Virus record (IMG/VR): IMGVR_UViG_3300031804_000245
Coordinates: 1-26,664 of that record
DNA: 26,664 nucleotides
Source: a virus
Taxonomy: Duplodnaviria > Caudoviricetes
Reading direction: 5' to 3' (one strand)
Under the pieces are notes generated by a model. It saw nothing but the letters and a program-made list of their open reading frames with translations, was not told the origin of the DNA and did no database searches. Within the stretch, counting starts at the first letter, position 1. Each line of letters opens with the position of its first letter. Below, piece by piece: positions 1 to 8,387 of the stretch. The translations under genes and the position numbers were made by a program.

Positions 1-1
1 A

Positions 2-130
2 CATAGCAGAAAACCAGATGAGATGTATACATATATTGAGCAACTGTTAGATGGCCCTTATATAGAACTTTTTGCGAGGACTACTAAAGAAGGATGGGAT
101 AATTGGGGCAATGAAACTACCAAGTTTTAA
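2..130 (+). CDS. MT-A70-family (N6-adenine) methyltransferase, C-terminal fragment (gene starts before the window)
   Basis: Not in the ORF track. Frame 2 translates as HSRKPDEMYTYIEQLLDGPYIELFARTTKEGWDNWGNETTKF*, with the HSRKP / ELFAR / GWxxWGNE motifs of the MT-A70 C-terminus. Confidence 0.85.
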   Translation, partial: HSRKPDEMYTYIEQLLDGPYIELFARTTKEGWDNWGNETTKF

Positions 131-224
131 GATACTGAAATATAGGTGGAGATATTTTTTGTCGAAATTTAAAAGAACAAAACGACAACCAGACCATGAA
201 TTTATATATGAGAATGAAGAGTGA
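111..224 (+). CDS. small basic hypothetical protein (37 aa) coupled to the carbamoyltransferase
   Basis: ATG at 111 gives MKLPSFKILKYRWRYFLSKFKRTKRQPDHEFIYENEE*. It fills the gap exactly, and its stop overlaps the next GTG start (GTGA 221-224). Confidence 0.6.
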   Translation: MKLPSFKILKYRWRYFLSKFKRTKRQPDHEFIYENEE

Positions 225-1576
225 CAGAGACAATAGGATTTTCTGAGGGGTTTCATGATGCTGGTATATGTATTCTTAATGATACAGAAATCAGATTTGC
301 ATCACACTCTGAAAGATATAGTAAAGTTAAAAATGACAAATGGTTACATGATGATCTGTTAAAACATTTTAGTTGTAAAGAATGTAAAAATACAGTTGCA
401 TATTATGAGAAACCTTTTCTAAAAAATCTTCGAAGATTATATGCTGGTCAGAAATGGCAAACTCCCAGACTGAAATATGATTTGTATTTTGGTCATCATG
501 AATCTCATGCTGCTGCTGGATATTACACAGCACCATTTGACGATTGTAATATATTAGTTATTGATGCCATAGGTGAGTGGAACACTGTTTCTATCTGGGA
601 CAATATGAAAAAGATAAAGACTTGGAACTATCCTTATTCCTTGGGTCTTTTATATTCAGCAATTACAAAACGCATTGGTCTTAATCCTAATCAGGATGAA
701 TATATTACAATGGGTATGGCAGCATATGGAGAACCCATTTATGATTTAGAACCTTGTTTGTTAGAAAATAATCATAGAGGACTTAAAGAGATTCTACCCA
801 CTGGACTGAGATATCAAGACCTTGCCGCATCTGTGCAAGCATTATATGAGAGAAGACTCTTAGAATTAGTAGAAAAATGTCCCAAGGAAAATTTGATTAT
901 TATGGGTGGTTGTGCATTGAATTGTGTTGCTAATAGTAAAATCAAGAATAAGAATATCTGGGTTATGCCTTCACCTGGTGATGCTGGTAGTGCATTGGGT
1001 GCAGCAGCATTGGTGCATAAGAAAAAATTAGAATGGAAACATCCTTATTTGGGACATAATATAGATCGGGAGATTTCTCCCAACGGCCGATGGCGCAATG
1101 CGAAGGATGTTGTTAGGGAGTTGTTAAGAACTAAAGTTTGTGGTGTAGCAAATGGTCGAGCAGAGTTTGGTCCTAGAGCATTGGGAAATCGTTCTCTGCT
1201 TGGTGATCCACGGTATGATATAAAAGATACGGTGAATGATATAAAACGTAGAGAGAAATTTCGTCCCTTTGCACCAGCAATTTTAGAAGAGTATGCTGAT
1301 GAATATTTCGAAGGACCAATGAATGAGTATATGCAATTTGTGGCAAAAGCAAAACATGACTATAGTTCTGTAACTCATGTAGATGGTACTGCCAGAGTAC
1401 AGATAGTGAAGAAAGATTGTGAATCTGTAATACGACAGATTTTAGAACAGTGGTATGAAAAAACAGGCTGTCCTATGTTATTAAATACTTCTCTTAATAT
1501 TAAAGGGATGCCTATGGTGAATACCTGGGCAGATGCAGAAGAGTTTATGAGGATATATAATGTTAAAGTATTCTAG
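221..1576 (+). CDS. carbamoyltransferase (NodU/CmcH/TobZ family)
   Basis: Motifs FHDAG, HHESHAA, DAIGE, GGCALNC, PGDAGSALG, EFGPRALGNRS, KRREKFRPFAP, HVDGTARVQ and LLNTSLN. Confidence 0.93.
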   Translation: MTETIGFSEGFHDAGICILNDTEIRFASHSERYSKVKNDKWLHDDLLKHFSCKECKNTVAYYEKPFLKNLRRLYAGQKWQTPRLKYDLYFGHHESHAAAGYYTAPFDDCNILVIDAIGEWNTVSIWDNMKKIKTWNYPYSLGLLYSAITKRIGLNPNQDEYITMGMAAYGEPIYDLEPCLLENNHRGLKEILPTGLRYQDLAASVQALYERRLLELVEKCPKENLIIMGGCALNCVANSKIKNKNIWVMPSPGDAGSALGAAALVHKKKLEWKHPYLGHNIDREISPNGRWRNAKDVVRELLRTKVCGVANGRAEFGPRALGNRSLLGDPRYDIKDTVNDIKRREKFRPFAPAILEEYADEYFEGPMNEYMQFVAKAKHDYSSVTHVDGTARVQIVKKDCESVIRQILEQWYEKTGCPMLLNTSLNIKGMPMVNTWADAEEFMRIYNVKVF

Positions 1577-2084
1577 AGAATTTGCCATGCCAAGTGCAGA
1601 TACATTCTCGATTAAACCCATCAAGAAATTTGTTCACAAATATATCAATAATCGAGAGGTTATAGTTGATCCTTTTGCCAGGAATTCTAAAATAGGAACG
1701 ATCACAAACGATCTCAATCCAGACACAGAAGCACAGTATCATATGAGGGCAGAAGAATTTATTGATATGCTTATAAATAAAGGGGTTAAAGCAGATGTTG
1801 TGTTATACGATCCACCTTATAGTGTCAGACAGGTAAGTGAATGTTATAAGGGGGTTGGTCTTGAAGTAACTCAGGAAGATACACAGGCATCTTTTTATAC
1901 AAAAATTAAAGACAGGATTCGTCCCTTGGTGAAATCTGAAGGAATTGTTTTGTCCTTTGGTTGGAATAGTATGGGGGTAGGAAAGGAGTTAGAACATCTT
2001 GAAATTTTAATGGTATCTCATGGTGGTATCCATAATGATACTATTTGTGTTGCTCAACGTAAGGGCATAGAATTAGATGTCTAA
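1560..2084 (+). CDS. small putative adenine-specific DNA methyltransferase
   Basis: SAM-binding-like VDPFA and catalytic-type DPPY motif (LYDPPYS) in a 174-aa protein. Confidence 0.7.
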   Translation: MLKYSREFAMPSADTFSIKPIKKFVHKYINNREVIVDPFARNSKIGTITNDLNPDTEAQYHMRAEEFIDMLINKGVKADVVLYDPPYSVRQVSECYKGVGLEVTQEDTQASFYTKIKDRIRPLVKSEGIVLSFGWNSMGVGKELEHLEILMVSHGGIHNDTICVAQRKGIELDV

Positions 2085-2610
2085 TAAAGTTTTTATTGAT
2101 TTTGGAACTGGTGAGAGAAATTTCAGTCAAATGAAAAAAGCAAAGTTACGTGGATTTTATACTATTGCTATTGATCAAAAAAAATATTCGTTTATGAAGA
2201 GTGAACATTGGAAATTAATTGTAGATGAAACGTATATTGGAAAAATTAGTGACGAATTTAATATTCCCAAAGCAGATGAATGGATTTGCGGTTCTGTATT
2301 AGAACATATGTTAGAAGATGAAATTCATGAAGAGTTACAAGGTCTAAAAAATAAAATTAAACATACGAGTATTGGGCAGTTTCATATAGATCTAACAGAC
2401 CATTCTGGAGGTTTTCGACATTATATAGAAGAAGATTATGGGAGGCGTTTTCCTGTTTCTTATTTAAATAGTATTAAGGCGAATGCATGGACTGAAATTA
2501 TAAGGAAATATTTTTATTATTCTGAAAAGAAAAATTGTTTTCAAAGGTCAGATCACGCTAGATTTAGAGAAATTAAATCGGTAGATTTTTTAGGATGCAC
2601 CCTAAAATGA
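2077..2610 (+). CDS. putative class I SAM-dependent methyltransferase-like protein
   Basis: N-terminal IDFGTGE (DxGxG), YTIAIDQ as a second strand ending in an acidic residue, and SVLEH. Confidence 0.5.
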   Translation: MSNKVFIDFGTGERNFSQMKKAKLRGFYTIAIDQKKYSFMKSEHWKLIVDETYIGKISDEFNIPKADEWICGSVLEHMLEDEIHEELQGLKNKIKHTSIGQFHIDLTDHSGGFRHYIEEDYGRRFPVSYLNSIKANAWTEIIRKYFYYSEKKNCFQRSDHARFREIKSVDFLGCTLK

Positions 2611-2626
2611 TTTTAGGATGTAGAAA

Positions 2627-3370
2627 ATGTCTAAACTAATTGTGTCTGGTTGTAGTTGGACAGATGATTTTTGGACTCAAGGACAGGGGTTTCCTGTCTG
2701 GTCTGAACTGCTTGCGAAAAAACTTGGAATGGAATGTATAAATTTAGGTGCATGTGGTGGTGGAAATGAGTATATATTGTCTTCTCTTATGGAGATGATG
2801 TTTGAAAAAGATATTGGATTAATGATTGCAATGTGGAGTGAATTTCCAAGAATGGATTTTCAAATTTTTTCGGGATTTGAACCTTGGTCGTTTCATAATT
2901 ATCGAAAAGGATGGGCAACGGTTAATATGATTGGAACAAACACCCCAACTGCGAAATGGAGAGATGAGATAAAGGACATTTTTCAGAATGAAAATGTAGG
3001 GACATTACCAGCTATGACTTACAAAGGTGTAAAGATATTTTATACTTTTCAAACAATGATGGAGATACATAACATTCCTTATTTACAGATACAAGGATGC
3101 AGTCCTTGTACTTTTGAAAGCAAACCTGTTCTTATGAAACATTTGCTTCGTGGAAATTTGGTAGATAAGATGAATGAAAATACGTTTATCGGATGGCCAA
3201 TCATGGCAGAACTTGGAGGTACAAGTATGGATCAAGTATTAGACGAAATTGATCCTGATAGAAAGAAATTAAGAATAAGTGAAAGAGATTCACATCCAAA
3301 TGAAGAAGGACATGAGGTAATGTGTGATTTCTTGTATAAAAAAATAAAGGAAGAACATGGCAATTTATAA
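2627..3370 (+). CDS. SGNH/GDSL-like hydrolase/acyltransferase fold protein
   Basis: GCSWT block I, NLGACGGGN block II and C-terminal DSHPNEEGH (DxHP) block V. AGGA Shine-Dalgarno (SD) at 2615-2618. Confidence 0.7.
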   Translation: MSKLIVSGCSWTDDFWTQGQGFPVWSELLAKKLGMECINLGACGGGNEYILSSLMEMMFEKDIGLMIAMWSEFPRMDFQIFSGFEPWSFHNYRKGWATVNMIGTNTPTAKWRDEIKDIFQNENVGTLPAMTYKGVKIFYTFQTMMEIHNIPYLQIQGCSPCTFESKPVLMKHLLRGNLVDKMNENTFIGWPIMAELGGTSMDQVLDEIDPDRKKLRISERDSHPNEEGHEVMCDFLYKKIKEEHGNL

Positions 3371-3893
3371 ATTAATTAATAGTGATAATTCAATTTTACG
3401 AGTATCATTATCAGGAGTCAGTGAAGACTGCGATAGAAAGAAATTACAGGAAGACTTGATAGAGACTATGAAGAACTTTAAAGGTCTTGGGTTATCAGCA
3501 AATCAGTGTGGGATTATGGAACGGGTGTTTGTGATGTACTCTGATTTTGAGAAGAGAGAAGCAACTGCTTGTTTTAATCCTAAGATATTAGATTACAGCA
3601 AAGAAGAAGTTATAATGGATGAAGGGTGTTTATCTTACCCAGGTTTGTGGTTGAAAGTGAAGAGAGCACATAATATTCTTGTTGAGTTTGAGGATATCAA
3701 AGGTGATAAAAAAGAAATTCCGTTAAAAGATGTGGCCTCAAGAGTGTTTCAACATGAGATGGATCATATGGACGGGACAGATTTTACTCAAAAAGTATCA
3801 AAATTAAGATTAGATATGGCAACAAGAAGAATGCTAAAACAGAGAAAAAAAGGTAATAGGCTGATGGGATTCCATGATAGTAAAGTTGCATAA
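3357..3893 (+). CDS. def: peptide deformylase
   Basis: All three deformylase motifs are present: GLGLSANQ, EGCLS and QHEMDH. Confidence 0.95.
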   Translation: MAIYKLINSDNSILRVSLSGVSEDCDRKKLQEDLIETMKNFKGLGLSANQCGIMERVFVMYSDFEKREATACFNPKILDYSKEEVIMDEGCLSYPGLWLKVKRAHNILVEFEDIKGDKKEIPLKDVASRVFQHEMDHMDGTDFTQKVSKLRLDMATRRMLKQRKKGNRLMGFHDSKVA

Positions 3894-3966
3894 ATGTCAC
3901 ACTTTTAATTAATCTTCAATAATCGACCAATCCTTTATTGACAAAAGTTACTTTATATGCTATTCT
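3885..3966 (+). promoter_or_regulatory. sigma70-type early promoter P1 with upstream palindromic box, driving the tRNA
   Basis: TTGACA 3938-3943, 17 nt, then TGc-TATTCT 3961-3966. Upstream box GTTGCATAAATGTCACA at 3885-3901. Confidence 0.8.
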
Positions 3967-3998
3967 GTATATATGATAAGAAATAAAGGAAACATTAC

Positions 3999-4072
3999 TG
4001 CCCTGTCGTCTAACGGTAGGATATCTGACTCTGAATCAGAAGATCGAGGTTCGATACCTTGGGGGGCATCCA
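3999..4072 (+). tRNA. tRNA-Gln (anticodon CUG), CCA encoded
   Basis: Cloverleaf with acceptor TGCCCTG/GGGGGCA (U1-A72, one G:G mismatch at 7:66), D-loop AACGGT, anticodon arm TCTGA-CT-CTG-AA-TCAGA, T arm CGAGG-TTCGATA-CCTTG and 3' TCCA. Confidence 0.92.
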
Positions 4073-4077
4073 ATTCC

Positions 4078-4157
4078 GTGACAAAATCGGTCACACTCAT
4101 TTTTAATCCTTCATTTTTTGTTTGACAAAACCTCTTAGATAGTGTATTATATAAATA
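4078..4157 (+). promoter_or_regulatory. sigma70-type promoter P2 with upstream palindromic box and an overlapping TATAAATA late-promoter motif
   Basis: GTGAC-N7-GTCAC at 4078-4094, TTGACA 4122-4127, 17 nt, TATTAT 4145-4150, and TATAAATA 4150-4157. Confidence 0.78.
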
Positions 4158-6469
4158 TGATGAAAAACAAAAGCACCCTTGCTAAACTTCTTGCCGAAGA
4201 AGATGTTTATGTTGTCCATAAGCAGATGCCTACGGCATACTTCGATTCCAAAAAAAGAGAATTAGGACTTCCCATCTGGAAAGATGAGGAAATGACTAAT
4301 GATATATATGATCTTATGGTTTGCCATGAGATTGGTCATGCGTTGTGGACTCCTCTTGATATGCTTGAAAAAGCAAGGATTCGGAAAATCAATCATTCTT
4401 TCGTGAACATTCTTGAGGATGCTCGGATTGAGAAGATGGTAAAAGGCAAGTATGCTGGTTCTGTTGGTGTTTTCAATCGGGGTTATGTTGATCTCGTAAA
4501 AAAAGATTTCTTTGGTACTGCTAAGAAAAATATTGCTTCGATGAACTTGATTGATCGAATTAATGTATTTTTCAAATCTGCTGATACAACAATCCCTTTT
4601 TCTGATGAGGAAAAAGTTTGGGTTGATCGCACTGCTTCCACTAAAACTCCTGCTGATGTTCTCGATCTTGCTGAAGAACTTTATGCTTGGATGGATGAAA
4701 ATTCACCAGAAACTGATACTCATGAAGATGGTATGCCAATGGTTGGTGGAGAGTCTGGTGAAGGTGAAACTGCTGATACTCCTGATGGTGATGGAGAATC
4801 TGAAGATGGTTCAGAAGGTTCTGCTTCTGGTGTTCCTAGTGATGAAAAAACTGATGGAGAAGATAAAGGTTCATCTTCTGGTGATGAAGAATCTGATGAG
4901 GAAAATGCCGATGAAGAATCTGATTCTGAAAAATCTGGTTCTGGTGATGACGAGTCTGATGATGAAACTGAAGACAGTGATGGTGATACCAAAAACGATG
5001 ATATAGAGGGTGGAAAAGATACCGATGGTGTTGGTTCTCATTCCTTACCAACTACCGACTCTGCTTTCGGTAAAGCAATGGATGAACTTCGAGATAAGGT
5101 TGCAGAAAATAATATTTATGGAAATATCCCTAAAGTTGATTTAGATAAAATTATAGTTTCTCCCAAAACTCTTTTGGATGAGTTTGTTCCTCATTATCTT
5201 GAAGAGGCAAAAATGAATAAAACTACTTATTGGGATTCATGCCTCAAAGAACTTGAAAATCTCAAGAGTGAGTCAAAAAAGTCTGTTGCATATATGGTTA
5301 AAGAATTTGAAATGAAAAAAGCTGCCGATCAGTATGCACGTGCCGCAACTTCCAAAACTGGTTCTTTGGATATGGGCAAACTTCACACTTACAAATATAA
5401 TGAAGATTTGTTTAAAAAAGTTACTACAATTCCAGGTGCAACTAATCATGGTATGGTTCTTGTTCTGGATTGGTCTGGGTCAATGAATGATAATCTAAAA
5501 GGTACTTTATCACAGTTGTATAACTTGGTTTGGTTCTGCCGTCGAATTAAAATTCCTTTTGAAGTTTTCGCATTTTCTGATGCTTATGCACGTATATCTC
5601 GTTATGAACGTAATGAAGCTGATGCTGATACTTTCAAATGTGGTGATTTGGCAATATCAGGATTTAAACTCTTAAATTTCTTTTCTAGTGATATGAACAC
5701 TGCTGATGAAATGTCAATGATGCATACTCTTTGGATGTATGCTAATCGTTATGGTGGATATCGTGATTGGTCTGTTGATGGATATCCTTACTCTCCTCAT
5801 AAAAATCTTAATTTGGGTGGAACTCCATTAAATGATGCGATTATCGCAATGATGGATTTTGTTCCCAAATATAAAAAGTCAACTGGTGTTCAGAAGATTA
5901 ATACAATTTTCTTGACAGATGGTCAGTCGCATCGCATCGAAGGTGTTCATGATTATCGGTTAGACGAGGAAACTGGTGAGCATCATAAAACGATTACTCA
6001 TTGGAATCCAGGTTGGTATAGTCACGGTCCTAAAGTGATTATAACAGATCCTGTAATCAATAAGACTTATGAAATTGAAGATGGCAATATGACTAATGAT
6101 CTTCTTAAAATGCTCAAGAATCGAGTTTATGGAATGAATGTAGTTGGTTTCTTTATTGCTGGTACTGGTCGTTCTGGTCGAGTTGATAAACGGACTCTTT
6201 ATTATCTTTTGCCTTCTGATGGTCGTGATAAGATTATGGATATGATCAAGTTTGTAAACAAGAATAAATTTCTTGCTTTGAAACAGTTAGGTTATGATGA
6301 ATATTATGTTCTCCCAGGTGGCAATGCTCTTGCTATCGAGAACGAAACTTTGGGTGATGAGTTAGTCGGTGCTTCAAAAGCAAAACTCAAGGCTGCTTTC
6401 GGTAAAATGGCAAAGGGTAAAATCCTCAGTCGCCCACTGTTAAACAAATTTGTAGCAATGGTGGCATAG
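4157..6469 (+). CDS. CobT-like protein: N-terminal HExxH metallopeptidase-like domain, acidic linker and C-terminal vWA (MIDAS) domain
   Basis: CHEIGHAL and NILEDARIE, a D/E/S/G-rich linker at ~4710-5040, then LDWSGSM, GGTPL and LTDG. I moved the start from GTG 4142, which lies inside the promoter, to ATG 4157. Confidence 0.85.
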   Translation: MMKNKSTLAKLLAEEDVYVVHKQMPTAYFDSKKRELGLPIWKDEEMTNDIYDLMVCHEIGHALWTPLDMLEKARIRKINHSFVNILEDARIEKMVKGKYAGSVGVFNRGYVDLVKKDFFGTAKKNIASMNLIDRINVFFKSADTTIPFSDEEKVWVDRTASTKTPADVLDLAEELYAWMDENSPETDTHEDGMPMVGGESGEGETADTPDGDGESEDGSEGSASGVPSDEKTDGEDKGSSSGDEESDEENADEESDSEKSGSGDDESDDETEDSDGDTKNDDIEGGKDTDGVGSHSLPTTDSAFGKAMDELRDKVAENNIYGNIPKVDLDKIIVSPKTLLDEFVPHYLEEAKMNKTTYWDSCLKELENLKSESKKSVAYMVKEFEMKKAADQYARAATSKTGSLDMGKLHTYKYNEDLFKKVTTIPGATNHGMVLVLDWSGSMNDNLKGTLSQLYNLVWFCRRIKIPFEVFAFSDAYARISRYERNEADADTFKCGDLAISGFKLLNFFSSDMNTADEMSMMHTLWMYANRYGGYRDWSVDGYPYSPHKNLNLGGTPLNDAIIAMMDFVPKYKKSTGVQKINTIFLTDGQSHRIEGVHDYRLDEETGEHHKTITHWNPGWYSHGPKVIITDPVINKTYEIEDGNMTNDLLKMLKNRVYGMNVVGFFIAGTGRSGRVDKRTLYYLLPSDGRDKIMDMIKFVNKNKFLALKQLGYDEYYVLPGGNALAIENETLGDELVGASKAKLKAAFGKMAKGKILSRPLLNKFVAMVA

Positions 6470-6560
6470 TGATAAAAATGTCACATTTTGCCATATTCGG
6501 CAAAATTCGACTTCAGAAGTGAAATGAAGTGTTGACAAAAGTTGCTCCATATGCTATTCT
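6469..6560 (+). promoter_or_regulatory. sigma70-type promoter P3 with upstream palindromic box and an 8-bp inverted repeat
   Basis: GTGATAAAAATGTCACA 6469-6485, ATTTTGCC-N6-GGCAAAAT 6485-6506, TTGACA 6532-6537, 17 nt, TGc-TATTCT 6555-6560. The 40 nt from the -35 box differ from P1 at only 4 positions. Confidence 0.8.
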
Positions 6561-6591
6561 GTAAATATGATGAAAAAGAGAGAGGTTAATT

Positions 6592-7743
6592 ATGTATCTT
6601 AGTCCACGGAAAAAGTTGTTTGTTGATTCCGCCACCGAAATGTTTGGTGATGGTGCGGTTATTTCCAAACAGAATGTTCGGGAGGCTGCTGAGAAAGCAG
6701 GGGTTCCGTTCCCAACTTGGTTTATGAAACCAGATTTCAAACATGCTTATGGTGTGTATAAACTCCCTTCTGAGGGTGGTTCTGTTGCACCAGTTGTTGC
6801 TAATGTTGCTAATGCTGTTCCTGATACTTCTACAATAAATCTGGTTGCTACTAATATGGATCATCAGAATCTTATTCCTTCTCTCTTTGATGGGTTTGTT
6901 TCTTGGGGTCATTTCGGTACAATAGAGAAGGTTGTAAAATCTGGTCTGTTCTATCCGATTTTCGTTACTGGTCTTTCTGGTAATGGTAAAACCTTGATGA
7001 TCGAACAGGTTCATGCCAAATTGAATAAGGAACTTATTCGGGTTAACATCACTATCGAAACTGATGAGGATGATCTTCTCGGTGGTTTTCGGTTGGTTAA
7101 TGGTGAAACCAAGTTTGTCCCAGGTCCAGTGATCGAGGCAATGGAACGTGGTTGCACGTTGCTCCTTGATGAGTGTGATCTTGGTTCTAATAAGATACTT
7201 GCTTTACAGCCTGTCCTTGAAGGAAAAGGTGTTTTCCTCAAGAAAGTTAACAAGTGGGTTTCTGCAAAAGATGGTTTCAACGTGATGGCAACTGCTAACA
7301 CTAAAGGTAAAGGATCAGAAGATGGTCGGTTTATCGGAACCAACATTCTCAATGAAGCATTTCTAGAACGGTTTGCTATTACTCTTGAACAGCCTTATGC
7401 TACTGCTGCGACTGAGAAAAAGATCGTAATGGGTTCAATGACCAAATATAAGAAAGTCGATGAGGACTTTGCTACCAATTTAATATCTTGGGCAGATGTC
7501 ATCCGTAAGACTTTTTATGATGGTGGAGTTGATGAAGTTATCTCGACTCGTCGGTTAGACCATATTGTAAAAGCATTTGCCATCTTTGGTGATAAAATGA
7601 AGTCTATTGAGTTGTGCGTTGCACGGTTCGATGAGGATACCAAGGCATCCTTCATGGACCTCTACACTAAGATTGATGCTGGCATCAATGTTTCTGAAGA
7701 AGAAGAAACTATCCTCGAAGTAGAGGAAGACTCTCCTTTCTAA
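6592..7743 (+). CDS. cobS: MoxR-type AAA+ ATPase (phage 'CobS-like')
   Basis: Walker A GLSGNGKT, Walker B LLLDE, ATANTKG, NEAFLERF and ISTRRL. GAGG SD. It sits next to a vWA partner, as is typical of MoxR systems. Confidence 0.9.
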   Translation: MYLSPRKKLFVDSATEMFGDGAVISKQNVREAAEKAGVPFPTWFMKPDFKHAYGVYKLPSEGGSVAPVVANVANAVPDTSTINLVATNMDHQNLIPSLFDGFVSWGHFGTIEKVVKSGLFYPIFVTGLSGNGKTLMIEQVHAKLNKELIRVNITIETDEDDLLGGFRLVNGETKFVPGPVIEAMERGCTLLLDECDLGSNKILALQPVLEGKGVFLKKVNKWVSAKDGFNVMATANTKGKGSEDGRFIGTNILNEAFLERFAITLEQPYATAATEKKIVMGSMTKYKKVDEDFATNLISWADVIRKTFYDGGVDEVISTRRLDHIVKAFAIFGDKMKSIELCVARFDEDTKASFMDLYTKIDAGINVSEEEETILEVEEDSPF

Positions 7744-7764
7744 TAACTTCTCTCATCAAACTAT

Positions 7765-7791
7765 AAAGGACTTTAACTAGTCCTTTTTTTT
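7765..7791 (+). terminator. Rho-independent terminator after the AAA+ gene
   Basis: AAAGGACT-ttaact-AGTCCTTT followed by a T run. Confidence 0.85.
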
Positions 7792-7857
7792 AATTATTAT
7801 TGTTCACGTTTTGTTCTTACTATCATTTTGGGGGGTATTTCTTGGCTTTTTTGGGTC

Positions 7858-7865
7858 AATAAATA
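7858..7865 (+). promoter_or_regulatory. probable T4-type late promoter variant (AATAAATA) for the SDR
   Basis: NATAAATA lies 6 nt upstream of ATG 7872 and downstream of a terminator, so the SDR probably needs its own promoter. Confidence 0.5.
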
Positions 7866-7871
7866 ATAGAG

Positions 7872-8387
7872 ATGTCACAACAAAGTATAGCAATAACAGG
7901 ACATACTAGTGGTATAGGATTAGCATTAACTAAACAATGTGATAATTGGATTGGGTTTTCTCGCAGTAATGGATTTGATATTAATAATCCCGATTACATC
8001 CTTGATAAAGCATTACATTGTGACGTGTTTGTTAATAATGCACATGATAAATTTGGTCAAGTGGATTTACTATATGCTTTATGGGATGAATGGAAAGCAG
8101 AGCATAAACATATTGTATGTATAAGTTCTTTAAGTCCAGACGTTACTAAAAATAGAATGTACCCATACAGTGCCGAAAAAAATGCTTTGGATCATGTTTG
8201 TGAACAACTACAAAACAGTAAGGAAAAAAATTGTAAAGTAACAAACATCAAACTCGGTTGGGTGAATACTCCCCGTGTGGAACGATTCCCTGCAAAACAT
8301 AAAATGAACCCAGATTACATAGCAAAAATAATCTTATGGTGTATACAACAGCCAGAGTATGTAAGGACACTAAGACTTGGCCCTTGA
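7872..8387 (+). CDS. short-chain dehydrogenase/reductase (compact SDR)
   Basis: TGHTSGIG (TGxxxGxG), VNNA, ISS and catalytic YSAEK (YxxxK). Confidence 0.85.
   Translation: MSQQSIAITGHTSGIGLALTKQCDNWIGFSRSNGFDINNPDYILDKALHCDVFVNNAHDKFGQVDLLYALWDEWKAEHKHIVCISSLSPDVTKNRMYPYSAEKNALDHVCEQLQNSKEKNCKVTNIKLGWVNTPRVERFPAKHKMNPDYIAKIILWCIQQPEYVRTLRLGP

Noticed and set aside
4551-5051. Three alternative-frame ORFs (4551-5006 +, 4720-4992 -, 4836-5051 -), including His/Gln-rich and Ser-rich products
   Set aside because: They are shadows of the low-complexity GAT/GAA/TCT/GGT acidic linker of the vWA gene.
6513-7352. Minus-strand ORFs opposite the AAA+ gene
   Set aside because: They are antisense to a well-conserved gene and have no motifs or expression signals.
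7790-7909. Hydrophobic reading frame (IIIVHVLFLLSFWGVFLGFFG...) between the terminator and the SDR
   Set aside because: It has no standard start codon with an SD and an in-frame stop just upstream. T-richness explains the hydrophobicity.
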